The notes under the pieces were generated by a model. The model saw only the letters and a list, made by a program, of their open reading frames with translations. It searched no databases and had not been told where the DNA came from. Below, piece after piece: positions 41,806 through 55,528 of a stretch of 64,000 nucleotides of DNA. The translations under genes were made by a program, and so were the position numbers. The stretch's first letter is position 1. The number at the start of each line of letters is the position of its first letter. The stretch comes from Gonapodya sp. JEL0774 (taxonomy: Eukaryota). Where the stretch lies: NCBI GenBank assembly GCA_027604505.1, contig JADIIX010000011.1, positions 62,001 to 126,000 of the forward strand. Reading direction: 5' to 3'.

Positions 41806-42277
41806 TTTCATGCGAAACAACAGCCACGCCACCCTTTTCCAATCACGATGATTCTCAGTGTCCAAATGTACACTGAAAACACCACCCCACAACAACGACC
41901 CCAGTCCAGAATCCGAACCAACCGTCCCCCATTCACTCATTTCCACCAAATGCCAAATGCCAATTTCTTCCAACACCCCATTTCCAAGTCACACATACAC
42001 ACACAAGTGTCCAACGTCCAAATTCACTCGCTTGTTTGCTTCGCTTTTGCTCAGATTGCTGCTGCTGACATAATTTGTTGGAGTTTGCAATATCGCTGGG
42101 GTATACCACGCATTGGTCGCCTGTGTCGCCCGCCTGCACTTTCTGGCTCACCATCTCCTACCTTCCTCACTGGTCCAGACATTTCATTGCCACCGTTCGC
42201 GGTCCATCTACTAGACCCACCACTCTTGACGTACCTCACACCACGCCCCACGTGACGCCCACAACCCCCTCCCACTC

Positions 42278-45215
42278 TCAATTCATCATATCCACATCCA
42301 CCCAGTCCCCAAATCCCACACTTGGTTGCATCTCACCCAACCCGTCCTCACCGCCCACCCCTACTCCAAACATCGTCCCGTCGCTCTCGCCATCCGCGTC
42401 TCCGTCCGCATCTCCATCTCTTCCCGAACCTCCCACACCTCCTACTGTCGTCGCCCCGGGAACAAAAGGACTCGACCCGTACGGACTCCCCGACCGTGAC
42501 TCAGGGAACGCGGGTAGGTAGGAGAGATGACCGTCAACGTGTTCCAACGGGTTGATGCTCAACCCTAAACCGAGTCCCGTAGGTTTGAGCGCCGGGCGGA
42601 ACCCGGACCCGAGGCTCCCGGCTCCTTGGCGGGCCGCAAGACGTCCGGTGATGGAGGACGAGGCCGATGCGGACGACGACGCGGTTTGAGAGGAGTGGAG
42701 ATATGAGTAGGAGTCTAGGTCCGTGTCATATCCAGTGTGATCGTGAGAGAGGTCGTGGGAGCGCTCACTGCCGTGAGACTGGTTGAGGGACATGGAGATA
42801 TCATGGGAAAGGTCGTAGGCGTGCGCGTGGTTTGCCATGGCGAGGGGGGGAAGCATCGCCGAGTGGTCCAGTTGGCTACTCGATTGGCTGAGCCGAGACC
42901 GAGTTATGAAATTTGAGTTTCCGTGGACAGATTGGCTGGCAGTCCCTCCTGAAACAGGGGAACGCCCGTCACCCGAATTTCCACCAGCACTCTCGATTCC
43001 ATCTCCCAAAATAGTATCTGACGGTGAATGAACAATATGTCTCTTCTTTTCCACAAGCGGAACAATCAAATACTGGGATCCCGCTGGTGGAGGTGGCACC
43101 CGAAGATTCGGTATGGCGGATGCCTGCGGTGTAAGCATACTCATAACTGGATCCATTTGATGGTCACGGTCATGAATTCGGTCGTGATAACCGAAATCGT
43201 CGTCTTCAGAGAGTGACATGTTGGAATAGCGGCGAGGGACTGATGCGGACGGCGCAGTGGAGTTGGTCACGGTGTCACTCATGATAATCGAAGGAACGCG
43301 GTGAAGAGAAGGATCCGCAGGGGGCCAGGAACCGGTTGGGGTGAAGCCTGGCCAGGAAGGGGGTGTTGCGTTGGAAACATGCCAGCCTGCACTTCCCACC
43401 GGATGCCAACCGCCATTTCCGATCCCGTTCACATTATCAGTGCCATTCGAGAACCCCGCACCGACCATTCCACCGAAACCACCCTTTCCAGTCTTATGGT
43501 CGCCGCCGTCCTCATTGTCTGAATCACTGTCGCTCTCACTCTCCTCGGTTTCCGAATATGTCGAGCTCGTACCGCAATCCAGGTCCATCCTGCTCTTCAG
43601 CTGATACGTAGGCATGGACGCCATCGCAGCTCCAAGAAGTACCGACCCGCGGCGCGTGTAGATATCTGACGAGGACGGTGGGTCCACATCTTCTGCACCC
43701 GACGCAGGGGGAGACTCGGACGAAGCAGAACGGGAGCCACGAACAGACGGGTTACGCGAGGAAAAAGATGATAGTGCGGCCAGAGCGCCAGCGGAGGATG
43801 AGTGTGGAAGAGAAGAGGATTCGTGGTGGCGCTCAGAACCGACAATACTGCTGGAGGATCGTGCGCGAGTTGGTCCGACGATTTTCCGCTTCGCGTTTCG
43901 CGAGTTGTGAGATGCGTGTGTGGTGGATGTGGGGATTGCGCCTGTGCTTTCGCGGCGGCGGTGCGCTGAGGGGTGGGAGTGATTCGAGCGTGCACTAGAG
44001 ACCGGAGTTTGTTTGGAGGTGGTCCACAGAGAGCCTTTGCCTGTTCATAGAGGTAGTGGAAGACGGGGAGATATGAGAAAAGGTTTCACTTGATTGAAAA
44101 GTGAAGAGTGATTGTGTTCGTTTGGTACCTGGTCGATCCTCTGGTCTGGGAACTTTCACAAACACATTGTTCACAGACAAATTGTGACGTATCGAGTTCT
44201 TGGAGAGATTGATTTCCCGCAAAAGGTATGATTGAATGCTGGCCAATTCGGGACAAAATTGCCTATGACTCACTTGCCAAGCAGTGTCGGAGCTCTTGAA
44301 GTACGGGTAACTCCGTTTTATAGACTCGTAGATCTCCTGCAAACTCAGTAGACCTGTTTCTGACCCGTGGATAGCTTCAGATATGAGTTCGGCGTATGAC
44401 AGCGATGGCCTGACCAATACTCCGTTTCCCGCTTTAGTGGATCCTGTGGACACCCTCCTTGCATGACCAGCACCAGCAGGTGCGCCACGAAAAAAAGAAG
44501 GCTTGTCAGAGGTTGGTGATGTGTGACCAGGTTTACCGGATGAGCTGGCCCCATGCGATAAAATTGCGCCTCCGGTGCTGTGACGCTTTGTGGGTCGTTT
44601 GAAAGGAGGTACCGTGGTGAGAGCGTTCGGTGAGGGGGGAACAGAGGACGGGGGTGAGATCGTGAGCGGTGGGGAGGGTGCAGCGAGGGGTGGTTTGCCC
44701 GTTGGACCTTTGAATGGGGAGTAACGAGAGGACGAAGAGCCCGCGCTCGCTCGAGAGTCGAGTGCCGACAGTTCGCGATGTAGTCTGGCACTAGCTGGGC
44801 GTTCCTCTGGAGATCTGAGGGCGGTTGGAGAGAGGACAGATGGTGCCATTGCTCCTGGAGGTTTGATGACCAGTTTCGCGATGCGCGGTTTTGGTGCGAA
44901 AGTCTCCAAATGTTGGATCACTTCCGAACCAACCAAGGAACCCTCCGCGTTACCGTCAATAGTGATTGAATGCGCGGAAAGGATCCCATCCATTGTGATT
45001 GAATCTTTTACCGTGAATGGATTGTGGAGGTGAACTGAGGGAAGTGATCCCGTCCGGGAATGGCCAGCCCTGCGGGCCATCACAGGATGCACCCTTAGAC
45101 CACGGCGCCGATTCGACGTTCCCGACGGCGAATCAGAAAGGGCATCAGGAGTTTCTGGCCGAGACAGACCCGGGCTTGGAGTCTTTGTGGGATATACGGG
45201 GCTCTGGGCGAGCAT
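42278..45215 (-). CDS. Forkhead-domain transcription factor
   Basis: RPSLSYAELISEAI..LSLQEIYESIKRSYPYFK..AWQ|NSIRHNLSVNNVFVKVPRPEDRPG|KGSLW. The frame continues into the S/G-rich ORF 42278-43687. Confidence 0.9.
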
Positions 45216-45738
45216 TGAAAGAATGTCCGGGGAAAGGGGGCTTTGGAAGCAGGCGGCAAAAACGGGGGCAGGGTGGGATGCGGACAGCCTGACTGGGGCG
45301 GATGCAGGCGAATGAGTGTGAAAGCAGATGCGAGGAAAGTCGGGCAAATTTGATGTGGGGAAGGGCGACCGTGGTTGGAGGAAGAAGCACGAAGAGGGAG
45401 GGGTGCATTAACGTTCTGTGACTGCCCGTGCGTGCGATCACCCAAGTTGCCCAGACCCCTGAAAATTCCCGCCATAGAGGAACATAAAGGTACTTTAATT
45501 TTATACGGACAATATGCAATTGTTGTGGATGCTGATCTCAAGGCGTCCCTTATTCTTTGGCACCCGGCAACGCTGCAATGGGGCCTGCTGTCGTTCGTTG
45601 GCGTCTTTAATTTACGTACATGTTTTAAGCACAAGAATAGGCGCTAACAGTTCAACAAGACTCATCGACTCTCAGCGTTTCAGACCGCTCCTCTCGGTTT
45701 TCCCCACAGCAAACATCCAAACACACCATTCAAACAAA

Positions 45739-47205
45739 ATGGCTCTCCCTCTCGCAAACTATGGTTCTGATTCTGAAGATGGTGACGAGGAAACTTCCAC
45801 AATAACTCTTCCCCCTTTCTCTTCCACCGCCAACCCCTCCTCCACTTCCGCCGAACTTGCAAAAGCATCCGAAACGAACGCCAAGAAACGCTCCCGCCCT
45901 GGCCTCTCATTCGAGGAATCCCTCGCCCGTCTCACAAAGCGTCAAGCGGTATCAGTGACTGACCATGATGATGATTCGCGACCAGTGATTGGATCTGGGG
46001 TCGTGAATCCTGGAGCAGGATCGGTGACTGGACGGACGTCAGGCTTGTTCGCTTTCTTGCCGCCTCCTACCAACAAAAAGTCGTCAGTAGGATCAGTATC
46101 CAATGGGTTGGGCGCGGGCGCGAGAGGGCTGTTTTCGGCAGGTCTGCCTCCACCAAGCACGATACCTTCCTCCGACGCCTCGGAGAGTCTTATGGGTGGG
46201 GTAACAGCAGCTTCGGCAACGACAACCACGATGCTGGTTCCTACGCGAGTGGCGAGACAGTCGGCAGGGAAATCCGGTGGTGTAGGCGCACTGCCTAATG
46301 GAAAGAACCCTGAAAAGGATGAACTTGAGTCCGACATGTTCTTCAGCTTTGGTGGGCTCTTTTTCAAATCTTTACATATTCTTCACATTGAATTCACACG
46401 AGTGTGCAGCAACCCCTGACATCTCGTCTGAGCAATACTCTTCCTTCGATGACTTGGAGACCAGTACCACAACCACCACTCTCCGCTTCCCTCCCCGCGC
46501 TTCAACCCGTCCGGACGTGGACGAACACTTATCGTCGATTGCTTCTCATAATGATAGCCTTCCACAGGCTCCGTCGTTACCGCAAGAGTATACCGCAGTG
46601 GAAAGCTACGAGGACTTTTATGCAGCCAATCAGGTAGAAGATATGGATGCTTTGCCGGAGGGTGTGGATAGAGACAAGGTGAATTCCTGCTCTTTCTTTT
46701 CCGAATTGCAATACTATTCAACAAGAATTCAATGATTCGCACACTTGCTCGGACTGGCTCCCACGGCCTCACTACCTTGGTTTCAGTTTGCACGAATGCA
46801 AGGCAAGCGGAACGCCGCTCTTGAACGTGGCTCGGTGCAGTTTGCGGAGGTGAGCCTGGCCGACCAGGCGAATAAGGAACAGTGGACGGCGCTACGTGCA
46901 AAGGAGCAAAGCGAATCTGCTGGCAAGACGGATATGTCAAAGTTCCAGGTGTGTTGATTTGTGCGGGTTTCGAAACCTGGGGACGCAGACTGACGTGAAG
47001 TGACATCACATGGTATCTTTATTCTGGCGGTATGTACTCCCTTAATTTAACGACTCAGCATCTGGCTCCGTCTACCGTCGCCAAGAAGAAGCATAACATC
47101 CGAGCCTTAGCGTACGAGGCCAAACTGAATGCCGATGATTTGGCTGCAAAAGCGGCACATAGGAGGGCAAGTATGAAGAGCAGTAAGCAAAAGTACGGGT
47201 TCTAG
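45739..47205 (+). CDS. PRCC: PRCC-family spliceosome-associated protein
   Basis: N-terminal LANYGSDSED, central GLFAFLPPP, C-terminal KKKHNIPSLAYEAK..SKQKYGF*, typical of PRCC. Confidence 0.8.
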
Positions 47206-47429
47206 ATCGTTGCATCTCTCAGGTTCATGGTGCAGCAGCGCGTCGTTACCGATGCGCCAGATCCCGGAGCGGTTTTGTGCTGAAGGAGGGGCTGCGTAAT
47301 TACTCAAGATTACTCCCGTGTGCCGAGTACAACGTTTGTATGGTCACGTTCACATTTGACACACTACCGGAATATAATTCAAAGATCAGTCTTCCTTTGT
47401 GCCCTCGAACCCGACGTTTCCCATCACGC

Positions 47430-48521
47430 CTATTTTACAGGATCTAATGGCTTGTTGAATCCTCCCTTCCTATTCATGTATTGTCTGTACGTGCGCTGCC
47501 GCTTGATGTGCACTTCTGAGTAGTCGGTGCCTGGGACTTTCTTACCCTGCGGTGTGATGTATGTAAGAAAAGGGAGGCAACAGCGAAAGGTTCAAAGTTA
47601 CAGAGTGCAGAGAAGCTGCGCACCACAGGGACCCATATGCCGCTGTCTCAGTAATGCCCATGTAGAGCCAGGACTCACGCCGAGCATACCAAATTTCCCA
47701 TCCTGATTGACTGCATACCCAAAGCCTGCAGCACCAAGGTGTCGTCACCAAGATCATGCTACCACCACAGACCCCACCGAAAACATCTGCCATCCCGACC
47801 CGAAACCTGAACCACAACCGTTCACATCTGCTCAAAGTCCATACACACCCACCTTGGTGGATGAGAACCCTCCAAATCCCATTAGCTTCATCATCGCCTC
47901 TTCCGAATCGTCAGCTTCGAGTTCCATTCCGTCCACATCCTCCTCGTCCGTTTCTCGACCCTTTCCATTGGATGGAGCAGCGGAACCACCACGAGAACGA
48001 TCTCGGTCCGTATAGGGGCGGGAGGAGCGGGAAGTGTCAGTTCCAGCTCGAGGTGGTGAGCGACGGCGATCGCGATCGCGGTCTCGGTCTCGGTTGTCAC
48101 GGGTTTCTCGTGAGTCTTCACGCCAATCGCGGTCGCGGGCGACGTCAGAGCGAGCAGCGGTGGAGGAGTTGGGACGGTTCCCATCACGACGGTCATCACG
48201 GCGGTCTTTAACTTCATCGCGGCGGTCCCGTGGGTCGTCACGGCGGTCGCGCGTATCTTCACGCCTGTCTCGGTCGCGATCTGTTCGTGGTTTTTCTGAA
48301 AGGGGACGAACCCTGTCCTTGTCTCGGTCACCTCTGTCGCTTCTATCACCCCTGTCACTCCTTTCTCTGTCCTTGTCCCTGTCGCTACGGTCTCTATCGC
48401 TCCGTCTGTCTTTGTCCTTGTCTCTATCCGCCCGTGAATCCCGTCCACTTCCACGATCTCGCTCCTTATCTCGGTCCCGATCCGCAGGCCGCCTGTCGCG
48501 GTCATAATGGTCGTCTTTCAT
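47430..48521 (-). CDS. SNRNP27: U4/U6.U5 tri-snRNP 27 kDa protein
   Basis: RD/RS-rich N-terminus, then MMKLMGFGGFSSTK|GKKV..KRQRTYRQYMNRKGGFNKPLD. Confidence 0.92.
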
Positions 48522-48825
48522 TGGAATGCGATTATTATTTTATAATGCAAAGTGTGAGAAGAGGATAAGTTCGATTATTGGAAGACTGCGGATGAAACCA
48601 TCAACTCACCTCGCTTTGTCCTCGACGAATCTGGGCTCCTACTCCTCGATTTCCGGTCTCTCTTTCGGTCGTCACGCGCACTCATTGTGGAAGCGCAGCT
48701 GCCGGGTTACTATTTATTAATCTGGTGGTGCAAGTAACAGTGCAAATGTGTAAGTGCCCGCCACCTGATCACAGCTGCCGATACATACCATTATCGAATC
48801 TGCAAAAACATAAGCCAGGGATTCG

Positions 48826-51800
48826 ATGGCATCAGGGCCAACCTCGATGGCATCGGGCCCATCGATAAGCTCGGAAACTGCATCTGCCCAGCAGCAGCTC
48901 ATGCGTGTCGGCGACGTCGATGCTCTGTTTCGAAAGCAGAGCGTGAACGACATTCGGCGACTGCAAACAGAACTAGCACGAGATGTTCAACAAAGAAAAC
49001 AGGGTCTTCGGCTCATGGTTGGGTGAGAAGCAGCCTCTTTTCGTTCAATTAATTACCTGTTCACTTAAGTTCACCCTGTCACGTTTTTGTCCTTAACCTT
49101 CCAATTGTCACCAGAGAGAGCTACCGGGACATCATAGCGGCCTCTGAATCCATATCGGAGATGAAAACCCTCGCAGCGGAGGTCAGTGGAACGCTGTCAT
49201 CTGTCCGGGACAACTGCGACTCGGAGTTTCTTCAGCGGCGAACAAATCAAGCTAGGAACGAAGGAAAAGACGTTGTGCAAGGTACGTATTGCACGCAGTT
49301 ATTATGCGTAGTGTATCTTTGTCACAACACTTGCAATGGTGCGACGTGCCCGTCACTGGTACAAATCACTCGTCAGAGGAACGCAAACGCCTCTTCTACC
49401 CCATCGCTGCTCAAATTAAGCTTCTAGTGGACACTCCTGAGCAGGTAAGCTAAATCATTTCTGACTGAGAATCTTTCAACACCTGCTAAAGGAAGTACCG
49501 TAGCTCTGGCACTCCATTGAAAATCACGAATACCTCCAGGCATCTCACGCCTTTTTGCTAGCTAAGCTCGTGTATCGCAATTTGCAGACAAGTGCGGAGT
49601 CTGCTGTGTTGAATCTGCAGGTGGGTAGTGAGTTCATGGGAAGTTGAGGTTGACGTGGGAATGCTCAGGATGTGGAAGAAATACCTCGAAAGGAACCGTG
49701 GGCTGGCGTTCTTTCAAATCATACGTGTCTTTGATGTTCTGGGTGTCGGTTTGTTATCCCACCATGATATGTCGTGTCTTCCGAATGAGCACACAACAGC
49801 AACAGCGAAACGCTCGATTCTATGATATCTTATCAGTTCGCAAGGAGGAGCGTGAAATACGCCCTCCCAGTGGCTTCATGTCCACAGTTCTCTAAATTGT
49901 TGACAATCCCCAACTTCTCTCCTCGCCTGTTTGCATCTCGTCTGTTGCCTTGCCATGGCCAGGCTACATTCCCCCTTATCACCCGTCAGAACTCTTCCAT
50001 CAATCCATTTCGTTCCCAAATCCTCTCCCGCGCAGCACATCACCTCCGCTCCCCAATACCTACGTCTTCAACCTCGTTGGCACTTATTTCTCCCACCGCA
50101 CTCCATACTGCGCGCACATTGCTTGCTTGTGCTCTACTGGATCAATCTCGACTTGTAGATTTATTGAAAATGTTTTTGGACGCAAGATTGGTGGGGCTGA
50201 GAGATACATTGGGGGGAGCTGGTTCCTTTTCCCCTACCCTCACTCGGAGCGCCCAGTCAGCGCACGTCCTTCGCGCATCAGCTCGTCATCTGGCAGCCAC
50301 GCTCAGACTCGTTTGCACGGTTTTTGCTCCTGATGCGGGTGGGAGATGTTTGGTTTACAACACTTATGTCGCCGATGTCGACACACGACAGCATCATTTG
50401 CATCACCAGTCGGCCGCCATCATCACCACTTCTGCAAGCATGGCCATTGACGCTAAGGTCGCCCTATCACAGCCTGTCTTTGCAACTGTCCCGGCCCGTG
50501 CCCCCCACGCGGTCTCCCGTCACTTGCCAGCTGCGGTACAATCCTATCGCCCTGTACTCGATTCACGCGACACGCTTTCCCTCGAAGCACTTCGCTCTGC
50601 CGTAACGGCATGGCTCGACCATGCAGTGGTGCAGGCGAAGAACGACCTCGAACGGGTACTGGAATCAGTAAGATCTGTAAAGGAGTGGCAGGAGGCAAGG
50701 AAAGGAGCAATGGAAGAGGTTGAAGTAATTGAGACGAGAGCAGAGGAAGAGGGAGGGTCCTGGGGTGAGGTGAGCTGGTGTGCGCAGTCAGCTGAACGCC
50801 ATGAACGTAGCTTGACCTTTTTAACCATCCACCGCCAACAGGTGTGTCAAACAACGCTCTCCCGTTCCTTCCACTTGTGGCATGATCTTCTTCGCTCAAT
50901 TTTTCGTGTACGGGCAGAGGGCATCGTGAAGGAACTGTGTGGCCAAGTTGGTGAAATGCCCCAAGCTATAGTGAAGACCCAATTGGAGAGACTGGCAGAG
51001 AGCGGAGAAGGTGTGTGAGGTGGCAGCTAGACTGGGGTGACTGGCTTGTCTTACCATCCACGTCTCTTTAGATTCCAATTTGTCCCTCTTTGTATGGTCA
51101 TTGCCACTCGTCAACGACTCACCCTCTGATTTGCTAACATCAACTTCAAATACCGCAACGTCCCGAATCCGATCTGTCGCTGACCGCGCCATGGGCCTCA
51201 CCAAATTACTCGAAGGGGCAGTGGAGGAGTTCGAAGAGGTGCTATCAGGGGTGAAACTGGGAGTTAAGGAGATTGTTGGTGAGGACGGTGGTGAGAAATT
51301 GGCAGGGAAGGACACATGGGGCACCAAAGAGTGAGTACAGGCCCGAAATCGGAAATAGAATGTTCGATTGAATCTTTCTTCCCAGAGACGCCGCTTCTCT
51401 GGTCGCAGCCTCCGAATCTATTTTGGCCGACGCCGTGGCACGGTATCGGAACGGCCTGGTCGTGCTTATTGAGGCAGAGAGCCAGCGGGTCCGGGAGGCA
51501 TCGTCAGAAGAGAACAAACGAGGTCAGTTTTGGAGAACAAATTAGTGTCCGTGATTTCTGTGGTGGAGAGTTTGCAAACCACGTCACACTTGCACTCACA
51601 CCAATTTTTCAGTGGCCATCGACCGTGCGCTTTTTGTTGGTCGGCTGGCGCGAGCGATCGTGTCCAAGAATGCGTCTGCTTTGTCATCAGCAGGTCGCAC
51701 ACAGTCTTCTCGGGCAACGATCACCAAGATGTCCCTCGACCAACGGATTGAAGCCGCAGATCACCGTGAGTCAAGGTTTCTTAGGTGCCATTGAAGCAAG

Positions 51801-53225
51801 TGTCAATTTTACCGACTCGCAATCGAAAATAAGTCTCTCGCCTGGAACTTTTGAGCGTCTCACGTGCTTCTTTCCACTGTTGGTTCGCTTCATTGACGGG
51901 TGCATTCCAGAAGAAAGTATCAGAAGGTTTCGAACTTCACTACAGGAAGTATACATATATTCTCCCTGAAGCTTGGGAAGGTGTGTCTTAGAGTGTCCTT
52001 CATATTCGGGAGTTCTACTTTTTGAACTGCATGTACCCCCACGCGTTTGCAGCCGTGGTTATCCAGGGAGAAACCGACTCTGGAAAGACTGAAGAAGCAA
52101 AACTTATGTTACCGTCGCTGTCTAGTCGGTTTATCGTGGAGGCTCTCTTCGCCGTTTGCGTCGAGATAGACCGGGTCGGAGGATATCTGATAGAGCCTGT
52201 GAGTCAGAACATGTCGCGATCACTCCCTCGAAACTCATTCCATCTGTCATGGTCAACAAATCAGGTGGTCATTCATCGTGCCCTCGTCCTCCTCGCCAAC
52301 TCCGCCTTCTCTTTCCTGCGCGAGGAACTCAAATCAAATCGACCACGATTCACAGACCAGCTATACCTCCAGCTATTTTTTGACGCAAGGTACTTGGTCA
52401 AAGTGTTTCAGGGGTGCTGGTTAAGGAGCGAGCGGAGTGACAGCGCACTTCCTGGAGAGGAGCCCTTGCCGGTGAAAGAAGTGGAGGCAATGGCAGATGA
52501 GGTTCTGGCAGAGATAAGAAAAGAGGTGACGACATGTGCATTGCATACTTCTATGCTTTGTCCCTTCGCTGACCATAGTCCTGTTACTTCTAAGATTGAT
52601 CCTATTGAGCTGACCGTCGCCGAGCCTCATTTATCGGCGAATATAGACCGCTGTTATGTTCGCAGCTCGTCGCTGTTCGGTTCCCTACTTTTGTTCAATC
52701 CGAAGACCATTGAGCCGTGAGTAAACAAACTGGCTTGCTTGACACATCTTGTGGGGGCTCTCACAAGTTCTGTGCACCAAAGGAAACGGCCAACGAGCTT
52801 CACCGAGAACTACAATGCTCTATCTGTTGCAGCGCAGGCGCCTCGGTTCGTTTTGCTTCCGTCGATCCTTTCCGCTGCGTCGACTCTCCCTGGTGAGTGT
52901 ATTCGGAGAACTGGTGGTGTTCCGCGATTTGTTCTTTTACAGATGTGATTCCCAAGTTACACAACAATCCTTGCAACACAGCGGTAAAACACCGAAACCG
53001 CTCCCTTATCGACCACCTCGCCGTCCTCTTCGACTCACACACCAATCAGCAGAAATACGAACATCAACGAACGTCTCGTTTCAGTCAACGACTGGTGCGC
53101 CTTCATCACAAGGTATACTGGGTTCGTTGGTCGAGCAGGGTGGCAAAGCGTTTTTGAGCGCGGGAACGTCTGTCCTTGGGCAGACTGGCTTGAATATTTT
53201 CGGTTTGTTCGGCGATGGTCGTTAG
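48826..53225 (+). CDS. COG1: Conserved oligomeric Golgi complex subunit 1
   Basis: Vps51/67-type N-terminus DALFRKQSVNDIRRL..RKQGLRLMVGESYRDIIAASESISEM, QIKLLVDTPEQLWHSIE, LMLPSLSS, LQLFFDARYL, IDPIE..LFGSL, PRFVLLP. Confidence 0.85.
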
Positions 53226-53318
53226 TGTGCAGCCATTACACGGTCGTCAGAAGAGTTCAGAAAGCGCATGAGCAAACATCTATTTTTTGATTTGTTTTTG
53301 TTCAATATGCACCAAATA

Positions 53319-54502
53319 TTACGCCAGCACGTAGTCTCGAACAGATTTCAGCCAGTTTTCGTACTCTTTTTGTTCTTTGAACTCCACATATTTGGGAATG
53401 AACTCTGCAAGGGACTCATCGAAGCCGCGCTCCTCCAGGTACTTTGCAAGTAAGTCCTGTGCGAAATGCTATAAGTACATTCACAAATTCAAACAAGGTA
53501 ATGAATGAAAATCTCACTTGTAGTTCTTCGTCCAGTTCCTGGAATACCGGTCCGCCGTACGTGCCCTTTCTCTTCCAATCTGCCTCAGCAGTTTCTTCAA
53601 CCATGAGTGATGAATCTTTGCCGTAGGCAACGGTGTCGATCATAAATTCGCCCCCATCCACAGTCACCGCGAACTCAAGTGTGCCAGCTTTCTGTTGGCT
53701 CATTTACGTCAATAAAAAGTTCTTGCATGAAGGGCCGAGCATCACAGGTCTCACTTACCCCCTTGTCAACGAGAACGGTACAGTTCACCGAGGTGGGGGT
53801 CTCAGCTTCCTGATGATCAGAATATGTTAGCAAGTGGTTTAAGAGTGGTGAGTAGATGTGAAATCTCACCGCACCCTCCGCTTCCTCGCTCCAGTCAGAT
53901 TCAGCGAGGGAGTCTGTGCTGAACAGAATGCTGATCCTGTGTGCGAAAGGCATGAGAATGTTTGGACAATGAACTGGAACTGGAGAGGTCTCACTTCTCC
54001 CCGTCCAGTGTACGAGTGAGTTTCACTTCCTTCTCGCCGGGTGTGTCTTGAATCTAGAAAAGGGTCACGAACGTGGACACATTCGGATCAATTCGCCTGA
54101 ACTTCCGTATGCGACTGACACTTACTTTGAAGAGCCCGCTTTTTTGAAACACTGTGAGGAACTCAGGTGCACCCTCATCAGATTCCACCTCATATTTGTA
54201 CTCATCGTCAAGTTTCTTCGCAAGATCCTTGTCGGAAACTACTCCACACCACCGAAAATGGGGCTTTGAGATTGAATCTTTGTTAATTGATTCAGCGAGA
54301 AGTGCTTACCACCGAGTGATACATTTGAGGCAGAAAACATCCTCGCCTTGTTGAAAGCCGGGGTGATAATTTTGTTGGGAGGAGGCAATAACGAAGGAGT
54401 GGGAGGAACGGGGAGGGACCGAAGAAGTGCGGGGGACACAGAAAGCGGTCTACACAGAGATTGGCTTGCGAGATTTCTCAGGGGGTTGATTGCAGGGAGC
54501 AT
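53319..54502 (-). CDS. MAM33: Mitochondrial acidic matrix protein Mam33/p32
   Basis: Presequence-like N-terminus; DKDLAKKLDDEYKYE, DTPGEKEVKLTR, YGGPVFQELDEELQ, YLEERGFDESLAEFIPKYVEFKEQKEYENWLKSV. Confidence 0.9.
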
Positions 54503-54684
54503 ATTGTTGGGTTGATACGATCAGTGGAAAGACAGGTTTGCTTTTCTGTGACGTGGGAGGTGCCGGCCGAACAGTGACCAGACCGCAGCAGTGAAGTAAA
54601 TAATCCACCCCACACATTTCTGTAAAGCGTCATGAAATTGAATGCATATCATGTAAAGAAAATTGGCGTTTTTTCTATTGTGTG

Positions 54685-55446
54685 CTATCGCTCGTACCCC
54701 ACCCAAACCCGAACACCAATCGTTCCCATCCTCTTTGATACGTAGTATGAGCGTCCAAAATCCACATGCGTAGTACCATAACTGTTCGTTCCAAGTCGTC
54801 CATATGCAACTCTGCTTCGGGCAGACCTCAGACCTCTTCGGCCCGACATCTCAATACGGAACCCAGTGACCTTGCCTTGGTCCTGGAAAGACATGGAGGG
54901 GCTGAGAAGGTGCCTACGAAGAACTTTGGGCAGGGGAATATTTGTGTCCAGATTCTGCTTCCGAGTTTTGTTCTCCGTGATGTTCAACTTGGAAACGGAA
55001 TCAACTAAACTATCCAGTTCGTTGACCACATCTTCACCGTCAGTCTCCGCAGTCTGTGGCTTCTGATCCTGGTTTGCGAGAGACAACGCAGCTCGTGGAC
55101 CCATTTGCTTAATTCTGAACCATTGCTACCAGCGGAGAATCGAGGAAACCAAGCGTAGGAATCCGTATGTCCATTATGATGACGGAGCACACGGCGTCCA
55201 AGAGTAGAAAGGTCAATTGAGAGATGTTTCCGTCGGATAATGCTGGTGTGAGCCAGACAGAAGCACTACCATTTGCGAGATGTTAGACGAAACTCACTCC
55301 CGTTTTAGCGTCCACCCGGGCCAGATTCTCCAGAAAATTGATGTACCCTCCATTCTTGCTCGATGCCCGAGCAATACCTCGCGATGCCATTTTTGTACGT
55401 CAGGAGGAATAAGTTTGGCTTCACTAAGTGACAGGTCTGTGAACAT
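54685..55446 (-). CDS. Putative nuclear-encoded mitochondrial ribosomal protein uS3m (rps3/Var1-like C-terminal domain); 5' exons uncertain
   Basis: C-terminus VTGFRIEMSGRRGLRS..YGRLGTNSYGTTHVDFGRSYYVSKRMGTIGVRVWVGY matches the S3 C-domain pattern G(I/F)(K/R)IxxSGR..G..IDY..xGxxG(V/I)(K/R)VW. Confidence 0.65.
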
Positions 55447-55528
55447 CCTACAGCACAAGATTATTCATAAATAAAATGACTGACTCAACATAAACTTCCT
55501 AATAAGGCAAAACTACCAATATTTTCCC

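Noticed and set aside
47540..47552. Second cag-G-gtaag pattern (possible 1-nt exon) in SNRNP27
   Set aside because: GGT AAG simply encodes the conserved GK of GKKV and the frame is intact without further splicing.
48034..48507. RS-rich ORF on the + strand resembling an SR protein
   Set aside because: It is the antisense shadow of the RD-repeat exon of SNRNP27.
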